Sequence record: NC_071015.1
Length of the DNA: 64,000 nucleotides
Strand: one strand, 5' to 3'
Part shown: piece after piece, positions 54,368 through 64,000 of the stretch
Layout of the letters: every line of letters begins with the position of its first letter
Position numbering within the stretch: the first letter of the stretch is position 1
Translations under genes and position numbers: made by a program
Notes under the pieces: model-generated
Seen by the model: the letters and a program-made list of their open reading frames with translations, nothing else
Told to the model about the DNA's origin: nothing
Database searches by the model: none

Positions 54368-55897
54368 TTATGCAAATGCCGGTCGTGGCAGAACCCACTC
54401 AGTCGCATCCGTATCAAAGTTAACATGGTTCGTAACTTTGGCCACATTCCACCCAGAGAGATCCTGGTTGAATTTCATAGCCGTAGAGAACATACCTTCC
54501 ATCGTGGTTGCGCTCGAGGTATCCCAGCCACTGATGTCCTGATTAAAGATTCCCATCTGGAACGTAGCGGTAAAGTTTGTCACCTTACTTACATCCCAAG
54601 CAGAAATGTCTTGATCAAAGACAACAGCCGACACAAACAGACCGTTCATCAACTGGACACTGGATGTATCCCAGGTAGTGACGTCACCGTTAAACGATTT
54701 CGCTTCACGGAACATATCCGAGATATCAATCGCCAGAGACATATCCCATGCACTGAGATCACAGTTAAACAGATCCGTTTGACGGAACATGTTACGGAAT
54801 GTCGTACAGAATCCAACATCCCAACCACTGACATCTCCATTAAAGATGGTTGCGCCGTTGAACATGCCGGTGAAGGCATACACTTTCTCAACGTTCCAAT
54901 CTTCCACCCCAGCACCTGCAAAGAACGGACAAGCGCTGAACATCCCAACCATCGAGATATCAACAGTAGTCGAAAGAACCCAACCTGCCACAGAACCGTT
55001 GAAGTTGCTGTTAGCAAACATGTAAGCAAACGTAGTACAACTGTCAAGACGCCAACCAACGATACCGGTAGCAAAGGCAGTTGCTGCATTAAACATGTTA
55101 TCCATGGCTTTAACGTTGCTGACATCCCAAGAAGAGATATCCTGGTTAAAGACGGTGTTACTGGCGAACATCTCAGTAAGAATAGCGTCTTGTCCAAACT
55201 TCCAGTTACTGATGCTACTGTTGAACTTGGACGATTTGAACATGCGTGTGGCATCAACCACATTGCTCACATCCCAACCGGTTAAGCTCGCGGTTCCGTT
55301 TGCCCCAAATGCCGTGGTGTTCATGAACATCTGGTACATGGTAGTAACGTGACCAGTGTTCCACATACCAATCGCACGGTTAAACGCAGTGGCGTTGTAG
55401 AACATCTCGTCCATGTACACAACCGAGCTTACGTTCCAGTTAATAATAGAACCATTAAACGCAGTGGCATTTTTGAACATGGCGGTCAGTCGTAATGCAC
55501 TGCCCAAGTCCCAACGTCCAATGTCAATGTTAAACGCGGTTGCTCCTTCAAACATCGACGAGAAGTCACTGCCTGAAGATGTCGCCCAGTTACCGATGTT
55601 GCCGTTAAAGAGCACAGCGCCTTTAAACATGGATGAGAAATCGGTGACACGAATAGTGTTCCAGTTCCCAATGGCCTGGTTAAAGACCACTGCGTTCAGG
55701 AACATGTTTTTCATGCTTCTGACTTTGCCGGTGTTCCATGCGGTAATGGCAGAGTTGAACTTCTGCGCATTGGCAAACGCGTTTTCAAACGTCACGACAT
55801 TACTGACATTCCATTTAGACAGGTCATGGTTAAACTGTGTGGTGTTCATACACAGCTCAGACATGTCTACGACGTTACTGGTGTCCCAGGTATCCAG
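54368..55897 (-). repeat. About 20 tandem ~25-aa DUF285 / bacterial surface protein 26-residue-type repeats (coding)
   Basis: 20 units counted manually from LDTWDTSNVVDMSEL to LSGWNVAKVTNHVNF; degenerate at DNA level. Confidence 0.88.
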
Positions 55898-58800
55898 ACC
55901 TGCATACGTCGCACCTGTTGCCCCTTTAAACAACGCTTTCAACGTGGTGACACGTTTAGGCAAGGCAGCACTGATGGTGAACGAGGTTGAGCCGGAGAAG
56001 TCCAACGAAGTGACGGTGTTACCGATCTGTTTCAGGTTGGTTAGCCCAGCCGCCCATTTCACTCGCGTCATGCCCGTGATGTACACATCCACCGTTCCGG
56101 TATAGGTTGCCGGAATAGTAAAGGTCCCACCGCCACCATAGCTCTGTGCCACGTTGTTGATGGTGATCTTGATGTTTGTCCCCGAGCCCACCGGAATAGC
56201 CCGTCCAACTGCGGTGTTCCACGACATGACTGTCGGTTTATCAGATAAGAAGAAGCGGTTGATCGGGGTTAAGGATCCCGCTACACCCAAGAACGCTGGG
56301 AAGGAAGAACCGTACCCATAGAAGTTCATGCGCTTGTTATCGATAATAGGAAGTAGGTCTGTACGCCAGCCATCTGGATCGTAATGGTAGAAGAGGTTGT
56401 TTTTCAAGAACCCACACGGCACCGCCCCAGAGTTCGGTTCAGTCTCATAATTTCCTGGACTGTGTTTCCGCCCATAGAGAACCATGGTGTTGCTGTTCTT
56501 AACGCTTCCTGCTCCTTGTGTGTTACCACCCATTCGAACAAACAGTTCGTCATCACCCTCAAAGTAGTCGTATGCCGCACTGACCGGAGCCTTGGCAACA
56601 ATGTTTGCTCCACCAACGGTTACAATAGACCCTACTGGATAGATCGGTACGCCTTTCACGGCGTTCATGATCCCGCCTTGAGCAATCACTGTTCCGATCG
56701 ACTGACTGAACAGCCCGTAGTTCCCCGGTGTTTTGCGGAATGACCACATGGACTTTTTCAGCATGACCGGTGTTTGGAAGTTGACATGGAACTGGTGCGG
56801 TGTTTTGCTTCCGTACCCAGACACTTTATTATAGTCAACAGCAAACCCAATTCCACTGTTATACGGGAAGACCGGATCAACGGCTTTGGCGTTAGGCAGG
56901 AACGTGGCAGTACCGGTGGTGGTGTTGATGGTCGTTTCAAACTCAAAATAGAAGTTATTAAACGGTGCCAGGTTCACCATTACCTGATAGCGAGACGTGT
57001 TGCCTGAGCGTTCCATCAACATGATGTAGACATCGGTGTTGTTGAATGCATCCCAGCCCACAATGTTGCGACTGTCAACGGCCAAAGACTCTTTGGTGTT
57101 TACCTTTAATGGATTGATCGTGGCATTAGCTGTGATGTCTCCATTGATCTTCAACGTGCGGGTATCGCCTTGTACGTCGATATAGGCGTTCTTAATGATG
57201 CCGTAGTAACAATCCGTCCCGTCCGCTTTCACTTCGTTTGGATCCAGCGTTTGCGAGAACCAGTACAACATCCCACGGAAGTAGAACAACTGTTTGTGGT
57301 TCTTAACCCACGCCCCACCGTTCTGAGCGATCCACGTTTGGATAGGGGCATCCAACGAAACCTGATCCAACCACGTCAGCGGATTTAACGTATTGCTGAC
57401 ATCATAACCGTAGCGTGCATAGCCGGTGAAGTTGTTTTGGGTGTTAAAGACCAAACAGGTGTTTTCAAAGCCAGCCGCTTGCTCACTGTTAGAGATCACA
57501 AAGGACGGCACTTGGTTACCCACCGGTTCAACCCACGTTACACTATCACGCCACGGCCCACGGTGATGTCCGGTTGGGGTCAGCAGTTGAGGAGATTCAT
57601 CTGTCTGAATCTTGGTGATCGCCCAGCGGTAGTTGTTTCGCCAGTCACGAGAATGAACCAGGTACTCGGTCATGCCATCTTCCGTCACGCCCAATGGGAT
57701 ATGACGCAGGTGATCGCCATAGAACCCATCATGGTTCAAAGTTGACATCTGACCATACTGGTATTTGGTTAATGCAGGTTTAACCGCATCACCTTTATTG
57801 ATCCAGGCAAGTACACTGTCCACTGCATGCTGATAATAGCCGACATATTGACGGTTATAGAACGTGTACGTTTTAACGTGTCCGCCTAAACTGTCGAATA
57901 TCCCGTTCATCACCAATGGATGCATGACGTCGCCAGCAACCGATGCAGGGGCTTGAACAAAGCGGCCTGCAGTGTTAACCTGCAAGTTAGTATTCAGCGA
58001 CTGAATGTTGCTTGTAAGATCACGCAGAGCAGTGACGTTAACAGTCACACTTTTGGTGGTGGTGTTTTCAGTAACCTGCATTGCCAGGTCAACATAGTAG
58101 TTGGTGTAGTACTTTTTATCTTTGCTGTAGAACCCGATCGGAATACGAAACGCAAAGTCGCCTTTCAATCGGTTACGCCAAGTAAAGGCAATTTGTTTAC
58201 TTAACCCAGCATTGATCGCCGCTACCATGTCTGCTAATTGTGCATCAGTATACGAGACGATATCCCGCAGCTTAATACACAACGCCGTCGGTTTACCAGC
58301 ACGTGCCCAGGTACGGACTTTATTTCCAGCCGGAACGGTATAAGTCACTGTCCCATACGCATCCTGAATCTGCGCCGTGGTTTCTGCAGCACGTCCTGGA
58401 CCGTTTTTAACGTCGATACCGTCCTGTACAAACGTATAAGGATAGAGTTCGATAGTTAGGTAGATATCTTGCCCTAAACCGCCCACGTTGTCATACACGA
58501 GGTTTGAGACGATGTTATAAAGGAAGTTCTCACGGACCTCCAGAATACCCGACCAGTTGTTCTTCCATTTGTCTGCGTTTGACAAGGTATCAAACGGTAA
58601 ACGGTAGCGGTTGAACCCACGAGCACCGATCATGTTGGTGTCAGCGTAATACGCCGTGTGGCGATCAAATAAATGAGAGGACGCTTTTAACAATTCCCCG
58701 TTTGGTTCGTTGTTGCTTTCTGCCCGCAAGAAACTGGGACGAGAGCGACGCAGATCCAAGTTACGGTTATAGACTCGCACATTGGTACCGCCCCACGGAA

Positions 58801-59437
58801 GCGCAGCCCGTTTAGACCGGCCAGGATCCGCCACAGCTTGTGTCAATACATCACTCCCGTTCATGGAAGGGAAAATGTACAGCCCACTGTCAGTACGGAA
58901 TTGCCACGGGGTATTTCCATAGAAGTTCATGGGATCAGAAGGGGACTGAACAACCTCTCCGTCTTCCCAACTAAACGGCCATTGGGTAATGGATCCCAGT
59001 AACCCGCCGGAAGCTAACGGAATGATACGCGAACGAATGTATTTCTTCGGGTCAATGGTCAAACGTGATTCGACCATTTGTTTCAAACCCGCTGGGTTAG
59101 CGTAAGCAGTCTTGATCTGCCCCGTAACGTGTTCCGCCGGTGTGGCAAAGCGCCAGTTGTCTTTGTTCCCTAGTCCAACGGTGACTTTGGTTTCCCCGTG
59201 TTGCGCACCACGTTTATCAGCGTGAGCTTTTAGGGCGTTGTCGATATCCACTGCAAACTGGTTTAATTTCTGTGTTGCCAGTGCGGTGTGACTATCAACT
59301 TTTTGTTTAAACTCGACCTCATCACCAATCGCTTCAATGCGACTATAATGAACATTAAGAAGAGCATCGAGAACCGTACCTAAGTAATCCTTTTTCTCAG
59401 AGGGTATCGGTAGCGGCTTTGAGGAATCTACATACAT
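54368..59437 (-). CDS. Tail fibre / baseplate fibre protein (1,689 aa) with C-terminal DUF285/BspA-type repeats
   Basis: N-terminal HADKRGAQHGETKVTVGLGNKDN fibre-anchor motif; C-terminal ~510 aa of ~25-aa repeats (ISxWDVSxVxxMxxMFxxAxxFNxD). Confidence 0.85.
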   Translation of the reverse strand: MYVDSSKPLPIPSEKKDYLGTVLDALLNVHYSRIEAIGDEVEFKQKVDSHTALATQKLNQFAVDIDNALKAHADKRGAQHGETKVTVGLGNKDNWRFATPAEHVTGQIKTAYANPAGLKQMVESRLTIDPKKYIRSRIIPLASGGLLGSITQWPFSWEDGEVVQSPSDPMNFYGNTPWQFRTDSGLYIFPSMNGSDVLTQAVADPGRSKRAALPWGGTNVRVYNRNLDLRRSRPSFLRAESNNEPNGELLKASSHLFDRHTAYYADTNMIGARGFNRYRLPFDTLSNADKWKNNWSGILEVRENFLYNIVSNLVYDNVGGLGQDIYLTIELYPYTFVQDGIDVKNGPGRAAETTAQIQDAYGTVTYTVPAGNKVRTWARAGKPTALCIKLRDIVSYTDAQLADMVAAINAGLSKQIAFTWRNRLKGDFAFRIPIGFYSKDKKYYTNYYVDLAMQVTENTTTKSVTVNVTALRDLTSNIQSLNTNLQVNTAGRFVQAPASVAGDVMHPLVMNGIFDSLGGHVKTYTFYNRQYVGYYQHAVDSVLAWINKGDAVKPALTKYQYGQMSTLNHDGFYGDHLRHIPLGVTEDGMTEYLVHSRDWRNNYRWAITKIQTDESPQLLTPTGHHRGPWRDSVTWVEPVGNQVPSFVISNSEQAAGFENTCLVFNTQNNFTGYARYGYDVSNTLNPLTWLDQVSLDAPIQTWIAQNGGAWVKNHKQLFYFRGMLYWFSQTLDPNEVKADGTDCYYGIIKNAYIDVQGDTRTLKINGDITANATINPLKVNTKESLAVDSRNIVGWDAFNNTDVYIMLMERSGNTSRYQVMVNLAPFNNFYFEFETTINTTTGTATFLPNAKAVDPVFPYNSGIGFAVDYNKVSGYGSKTPHQFHVNFQTPVMLKKSMWSFRKTPGNYGLFSQSIGTVIAQGGIMNAVKGVPIYPVGSIVTVGGANIVAKAPVSAAYDYFEGDDELFVRMGGNTQGAGSVKNSNTMVLYGRKHSPGNYETEPNSGAVPCGFLKNNLFYHYDPDGWRTDLLPIIDNKRMNFYGYGSSFPAFLGVAGSLTPINRFFLSDKPTVMSWNTAVGRAIPVGSGTNIKITINNVAQSYGGGGTFTIPATYTGTVDVYITGMTRVKWAAGLTNLKQIGNTVTSLDFSGSTSFTISAALPKRVTTLKALFKGATGATYAGLDTWDTSNVVDMSELCMNTTQFNHDLSKWNVSNVVTFENAFANAQKFNSAITAWNTGKVRSMKNMFLNAVVFNQAIGNWNTIRVTDFSSMFKGAVLFNGNIGNWATSSGSDFSSMFEGATAFNIDIGRWDLGSALRLTAMFKNATAFNGSIINWNVSSVVYMDEMFYNATAFNRAIGMWNTGHVTTMYQMFMNTTAFGANGTASLTGWDVSNVVDATRMFKSSKFNSSISNWKFGQDAILTEMFASNTVFNQDISSWDVSNVKAMDNMFNAATAFATGIVGWRLDSCTTFAYMFANSNFNGSVAGWVLSTTVDISMVGMFSACPFFAGAGVEDWNVEKVYAFTGMFNGATIFNGDVSGWDVGFCTTFRNMFRQTDLFNCDLSAWDMSLAIDISDMFREAKSFNGDVTTWDTSSVQLMNGLFVSAVVFDQDISAWDVSKVTNFTATFQMGIFNQDISGWDTSSATTMEGMFSTAMKFNQDLSGWNVAKVTNHVNFDTDATEWVLPRPAFA

Positions 59438-59448
59438 GGATCTCTCCT

Positions 59449-59478
59449 GATGAAGAAAGGGGAGTTGCCTCCCCTATC
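59449..59478. terminator. Short hairpin between fibre genes
   Basis: AGGGGAG-TTGC-CTCCCCT. Confidence 0.4.
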
Positions 59479-59480
59479 CC

Positions 59481-62400
59481 TTAGTTATCGTACAGCTCAC
59501 TGCGTTTCAGGAAACGGTATGTCCCTTGTGCAGTATAGGCTCCAGAGGATACTGGCACGCCCATGTCACGAACACGCGTTAACGGGAACCCGCTGATGGT
59601 GAAACTCTGACGACGATCAATGGTTACAATCCCGAAGTCATCGGTCTTTATGATAGCCACCAAGACGTGTCCTGCGTTATGGTTACGAAGTACTTTAGTA
59701 ACCTCATAGAACGCAGTAGAACCGTTCATAATACAATAAATGTAGAACGTCTGGTTCTTATACACATCCGTCAGGTCACGCAAGTCCCAGTTCGTTTGTT
59801 TCGCATTCATCGCATAACCGTTAAAGGTTGTTAAGACGTCTGCGTTCACAAAGATAGACCAGTTCCCTTCTACATATGTCGCCCCGTACATGATGTACTT
59901 GCTGTTGTCTTCGGTGCGCATCAAATCCATCGCCCCGCCAGAAACAGCAGCCGCAATCCCTGTCATCCACCCATGCTCGGCATTAGCACGATAAATTTGA
60001 GGATATTCATTGAACGGGTTTTGCCCAGACCAACCAACTTCAGCTCGCGTCACTACGTTATTAGACCGGGTGTAATAGATGGTTAATGATGCAGCATTAC
60101 CAGGCGTTTGGATGGTGAAGCATGTTTGATAACGCATCTCCATGTTACCCGGGCCGCCATTACCGACGTCCAGAATCTGGACATGACGCTGGCGCACTGT
60201 CAGCCCTGCTGACATGTAGAGGTTACTCCAGTAACCTTGGTTGGTAAGTTGGAACATACGCACCGCAGTAACGTTATTCGCACTGCCTGGACGCAACTCA
60301 TTTGCCCCGTATTTAAACGGATACTCAATCGTCCCTAAACGCGCGACGCGTATTCCATCCGCCCCAGTACTGCTCACCGTCCAGTTAAAGATCCCCACAA
60401 TCTGGCGGGTATTTTCCGGATCCCCTTTTAAGTGATACGTGATCGAGTACATTGACCAAGGAATGTCTCCGCCACTTCCTGGTGTCGCCGCAAAATAGAA
60501 ATCGACGCCAATATCCAAAAGTGTTGAAACATGGTTACCCAATGCGTTAATGATCAGATCATAATAAATGGAGCGTGGAATTCTTAACTGTTTTGCTTTA
60601 TTGGGACGCACGTTCAGACGACGGTTAACGGCATCAAGAGTGTAATCGAGTAATAAGTTGATTACAATGCTACCGTCAGCTTCTGGAACGAACCGTACGA
60701 CGTTCCCGTTATTATCGGTGGTTGAGCTAAACTCAATCCCGGCACCAGGGTTATCATACACCCCACGCCGAATCCAACTGAACACGCCAGATTCGCGTGA
60801 ACGCGCATCTTTACGGGCCGGGCGATTCACATATCCCGTTTCAGATGTTAATCCGGTAACCAACCCGAAACTGGAGTTAGTTTTACGACCGTAGATCGGT
60901 TTATCGATAAACGCAGATTGTAACGAGGCACGGTTAGCGTAGTTGTCATCTGCCCCACCTTCAGTAACGCGGTAAAACGCGCGGGTAATCTGTGTCTCAT
61001 CTTCAGCGATGAAAACCTCGATCGGATATTGACGGGTGCCGTCGGTGGTTGCATAGAGATCAGAGAAGTGTCGTGGGAACCCTGCTACCCCGAACGGTGA
61101 ACGCATTCGAAACTCTTGCGACCAACCGGCAGAGCGACCTTGAGGATCGGTCTGATTCACAGGAAGTGCCATACTTTCGTAATCTCGTACCGGATCCAAA
61201 TACGGGTTCTGTTGAACGACCATGATCGCCAACGGAGGAACCCCCGTGCTTCGAGAATACAACCCAACAACTCCAATACCTGGAATCCAACTGACACAGT
61301 TATTGGCGTATGTTTTTGTCAGGTTAGACGCATACCCACCCCAGCTTCGTAACCGTACCGTTTCTGACGGCCAGGTTGTGGTCTGGTTAGGAACATCAAT
61401 GGTGGCAAACCCAAACTCCGGATGTAGCGTCCACGTATTGCTTTCCACATCCCACTCGTAATCCGCACAGATATCTGACCAATAGGTTTGGTTTGTCCCG
61501 GTGGCATCTACCCTGATGATGTAGTTAACCATCAACACTTTAACTTTAGCAAGCCGTGGGTTGTTCATGTTGGGAACCACAATGAACGTACGACGGCGGT
61601 GACTGGCTACAGCGTCAATTGGCGGGGAGTATTTAGAATAGCATTGCGTAAACTGGTTGTTTGCATCTTTACGCGCTCTTGCTAAAAACAGCGCCGGTTG
61701 GTTAGTTCGACGTTCCCGTTCCAGGTTATCGAAGTTAACGTTAACCCGAGTGAATTTAACCGTCTGCTTGGTTGGATCGGTCAGATCTTTTCGTGGCATG
61801 CGATACAGACGTTGCTGCCAGTTACTCTGATCGAATGATGTATAGTTAGGATTATCATCCTGGAAGCTATCCGAAGACTGAATCAAGTATACCCAGTTCC
61901 CTACTGTGGCAATCGTCCATTGACCCGGCCGGCTGTTGAGCCCTACCGCAATGAGATCTGACATGTCAACCAGTTTCATCTGATGACTGGCTGGGTCAAA
62001 AGTAGAGTTACTCTCACAGATCCAGAAACGACCGACGTATTCAGTCGCCAAGGCATTACGGTCAATTGCCTCTACATCCCCTACCATCATTACCAGGTTA
62101 TTTGACCCGCTGACGATGTAGTTAGGAGCCCGACCTGCAGCAGTGATGGTTGGGTGTTGATACTGTACGTAGGTATTGAGCCACGCAGAGCGATTGATGT
62201 CGCGTTCCAACACATCCTGGTTATAGATGTAGTAGAGGTTCTTTACACGACCGTCATACGCACGAATTAACCCTACAACCCACCCGTTACCTTCTTGACA
62301 GAAAGCAGAGTTTTCTTGGTCTGTTCCCAATCCTTCAAAGGAACCAGTAATCGGGGGTGGGAGGTAGATACCGGAACCATAATACCCGAACGGTAACTCA

Positions 62401-63212
62401 GACTGCATTAAGTAGTCTTCAGAAACCGGTTCTGTTTCAGCAATGATGCGTGTCAACCCAGCTGGGGTCGAATACAAATCCGAACGGGTTCCGTCAGCAT
62501 CCTGTTGAGGAGTAGCAGTAAAAGCATTTGGCACATTGCCCAAAGCCACATCAGAAGGCAATACGCCGTGTGGATTTTGGTAGTTGCGAATGTGGGTCAT
62601 GATAGCACCCCACTTCAATTTCTGGATATAATCTAAGTGATCATACACATCCGTCTGAAGTTTTTCCAAGGCACTAAGTTGCGCAGTACTGTTTTTAATC
62701 TGGTCATTACGGAACAGCGTAAACAGTTCAATCAGCCCACCGAACCCTACCAACTCATTTGGGTTCTGAATATCGTGACTGTGCCAGGCTGGATAATAGG
62801 TTAACGGTTTTCCCGTGATCTGGGTATACCAGTCTACCGGCTTCCCGGTGATGACCATGTCTTCCAACATTTGAAGCAGAGTCTTGGTTGAGATAATCGG
62901 CATCCCAACACGCTGATAAATGACGTCTAACTCCCCACCACTTGCGAGAATGTGGTCCTTTACTTCTATATAAAGGAAGACACTCTTACCAGTGCGCTTC
63001 GTTAAATCAGTTACCCCTTCAACAGCTTCGAAGTCAGTCCCAGGAATTAAGTCTAACCCGCCTTTTAATACCCGAAGCGAATCCCCGTAAAAGGGACCTT
63101 CTTCTGGGACGATCCAAGGGGGAGAGATTTTACTGAGATCGACATTGTCTTCTTTCTTGTACTCAGCTTTCTTTGCTGTGTAGTCGATCTCGACAATATG
63201 AATGTCTTTCAT
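59481..63212 (-). CDS. Large tail/baseplate structural protein (1,243 aa), paralogous N-terminus with 54368..59437
   Basis: HIRNYQNPHGVLPSDVALGNVPN fibre-anchor motif; PLASGG- and PPPITGS-type segments at comparable positions in the two proteins; shares a C-terminal module with 63279 onward. Confidence 0.78.
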   Translation of the reverse strand: MKDIHIVEIDYTAKKAEYKKEDNVDLSKISPPWIVPEEGPFYGDSLRVLKGGLDLIPGTDFEAVEGVTDLTKRTGKSVFLYIEVKDHILASGGELDVIYQRVGMPIISTKTLLQMLEDMVITGKPVDWYTQITGKPLTYYPAWHSHDIQNPNELVGFGGLIELFTLFRNDQIKNSTAQLSALEKLQTDVYDHLDYIQKLKWGAIMTHIRNYQNPHGVLPSDVALGNVPNAFTATPQQDADGTRSDLYSTPAGLTRIIAETEPVSEDYLMQSELPFGYYGSGIYLPPPITGSFEGLGTDQENSAFCQEGNGWVVGLIRAYDGRVKNLYYIYNQDVLERDINRSAWLNTYVQYQHPTITAAGRAPNYIVSGSNNLVMMVGDVEAIDRNALATEYVGRFWICESNSTFDPASHQMKLVDMSDLIAVGLNSRPGQWTIATVGNWVYLIQSSDSFQDDNPNYTSFDQSNWQQRLYRMPRKDLTDPTKQTVKFTRVNVNFDNLERERRTNQPALFLARARKDANNQFTQCYSKYSPPIDAVASHRRRTFIVVPNMNNPRLAKVKVLMVNYIIRVDATGTNQTYWSDICADYEWDVESNTWTLHPEFGFATIDVPNQTTTWPSETVRLRSWGGYASNLTKTYANNCVSWIPGIGVVGLYSRSTGVPPLAIMVVQQNPYLDPVRDYESMALPVNQTDPQGRSAGWSQEFRMRSPFGVAGFPRHFSDLYATTDGTRQYPIEVFIAEDETQITRAFYRVTEGGADDNYANRASLQSAFIDKPIYGRKTNSSFGLVTGLTSETGYVNRPARKDARSRESGVFSWIRRGVYDNPGAGIEFSSTTDNNGNVVRFVPEADGSIVINLLLDYTLDAVNRRLNVRPNKAKQLRIPRSIYYDLIINALGNHVSTLLDIGVDFYFAATPGSGGDIPWSMYSITYHLKGDPENTRQIVGIFNWTVSSTGADGIRVARLGTIEYPFKYGANELRPGSANNVTAVRMFQLTNQGYWSNLYMSAGLTVRQRHVQILDVGNGGPGNMEMRYQTCFTIQTPGNAASLTIYYTRSNNVVTRAEVGWSGQNPFNEYPQIYRANAEHGWMTGIAAAVSGGAMDLMRTEDNSKYIMYGATYVEGNWSIFVNADVLTTFNGYAMNAKQTNWDLRDLTDVYKNQTFYIYCIMNGSTAFYEVTKVLRNHNAGHVLVAIIKTDDFGIVTIDRRQSFTISGFPLTRVRDMGVPVSSGAYTAQGTYRFLKRSELYDN

Positions 63213-63278
63213 TGAAACCTCGACAAATAAACTATGGAGCGATCAAAAGATCGCCCCAATAGTTTTGATTATTTTATT

Positions 63279-64000
63279 TTAGGAAATAAAATCTTGATCC
63301 AGCAGAATAGCAGAAGCGTCACCGATGTCGAATACTGACCCCGTTGTAGACAAGATTCCGGAACCTTGACGTTGTGCAGTAACTTGTGCACCGTCCATAG
63401 TAAAGCGATTATACGGAATAATGTTTTCGATCTGACTCGGACCCGTAATGATTTTAGCGATCATTGACTGGGAGCTGGTTTCAGGACGAACATCTTGCGA
63501 GATGGCATATTGAGCCTGACCATTGGCATAATAAAGGTAAGCATAGAACACTTTATTAGCCGGGGTAGGATCCACCGTTTGGATGTCGATATAGGTCGCA
63601 GGAATGTCGTACATCTTACCTGCTAGTAGCACGTTATCCATCTTGTTGAAATACACCACGAACTGAGACACCAACAGGTTACTCATCCCTACTTGCAATG
63701 AGTTACTCAAGTTGTTGCTAACCATCGCGTCATACAACGAACCGTTATTGCCGTAAACATAGTTCTGGCTAACGATCCCTGCACCTTCCATGATGTTCTG
63801 ACTCTGAAGCGGACTACCCTGCCCGTTACCTGGAGAAACCACCCATTTGTTTTCAGGACCCACATGGTTTTGACGGAAGTTACTCATGCGAATAATTTCT
63901 GTCCCGTTGAGTCTGAATTCATAAATGATATCTAAGGTCGAACGGTCAGCTGGCGCATGATAGCGAGCTAGACTTCGTACCACAGCAGTACCGATACCGG
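63279..64000 (-). CDS. C-terminal part of a tail/baseplate structural protein (continues beyond the window)
   Basis: Frame is open to the window edge; C-terminal module (FYAYLYYANGQAQYAIS...MIAKIITGPSQI...RFTMDG) resembles the end of 59481..63212 (FYIYCIMNGSTAFYEVT...LVAIIKTDDFGI...SFTISG). Confidence 0.72.
   Translation of the reverse strand, partial: GIGTAVVRSLARYHAPADRSTLDIIYEFRLNGTEIIRMSNFRQNHVGPENKWVVSPGNGQGSPLQSQNIMEGAGIVSQNYVYGNNGSLYDAMVSNNLSNSLQVGMSNLLVSQFVVYFNKMDNVLLAGKMYDIPATYIDIQTVDPTPANKVFYAYLYYANGQAQYAISQDVRPETSSQSMIAKIITGPSQIENIIPYNRFTMDGAQVTAQRQGSGILSTTGSVFDIGDASAILLDQDFIS

Noticed and set aside
54362-55285. 307-aa plus-strand ORF with apparent periodicity
   Set aside because: It is the antisense image of the DUF285 repeats.
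54368-55897. Diversity-generating retroelement or shufflon acting on the fibre tip
   Set aside because: No reverse transcriptase, invertase, near-identical template/variable pair or inversion sites seen in the window; the repeats are degenerate at DNA level.
1-64000. CRISPR array, tRNA/rRNA genes, transposases, integrase
   Set aside because: No regularly spaced direct repeats or cloverleaf signatures seen by eye; intergenic gaps are short and explained by hairpins and promoter motifs. tRNAscan-SE would confirm.
1-64000. Alternative genetic code (stop-codon reassignment)
   Set aside because: The standard code gives dense tiling and intact long genes.

Overview
A 64-kb segment of a phiKZ-related jumbo myophage genome (Chimalliviridae-like; family assignment inferred from gene content). 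The host is probably an enteric gammaproteobacterium, since NrdB closely follows the E. coli-type sequence. Most genes are on the minus strand: small accessory ORFs, a GNAT acetyltransferase, a ClpP-like protease, a kinase-like protein, an HTH protein, RNase HI, NAD-dependent DNA ligase, a phiKZ gp144-like lytic transglycosylase, an SbcC/Rad50 ATPase and three large tail/baseplate fibre proteins, one ending in about 20 DUF285/BspA-type repeats. Three plus-strand islands interrupt them: a 200-aa gene; nrdB plus a 17.5-kb four-gene cluster of beta-sandwich (Ig-like) repeat proteins, including a ~3,580-aa giant; and a baseplate spike plus a head protein. The most striking structure is the modular Ig-like cluster. 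The giant's N-terminal domain also exists as a stand-alone gene, a repeat unit appears split across the giant and the next gene, and a two-domain miniature shares a C-terminal tag with the 1,249-aa protein. Also notable: a P-loop NTPase fused to a probable protease-processed head protein, unannotated small ORFs (one with a twin-arginine-like signal), an exact 21-bp promoter-like repeat and a family of terminators with shared flanks. No tRNA, CRISPR array, intron, intein or transposase was recognised. All family calls are by eye, without database searches.
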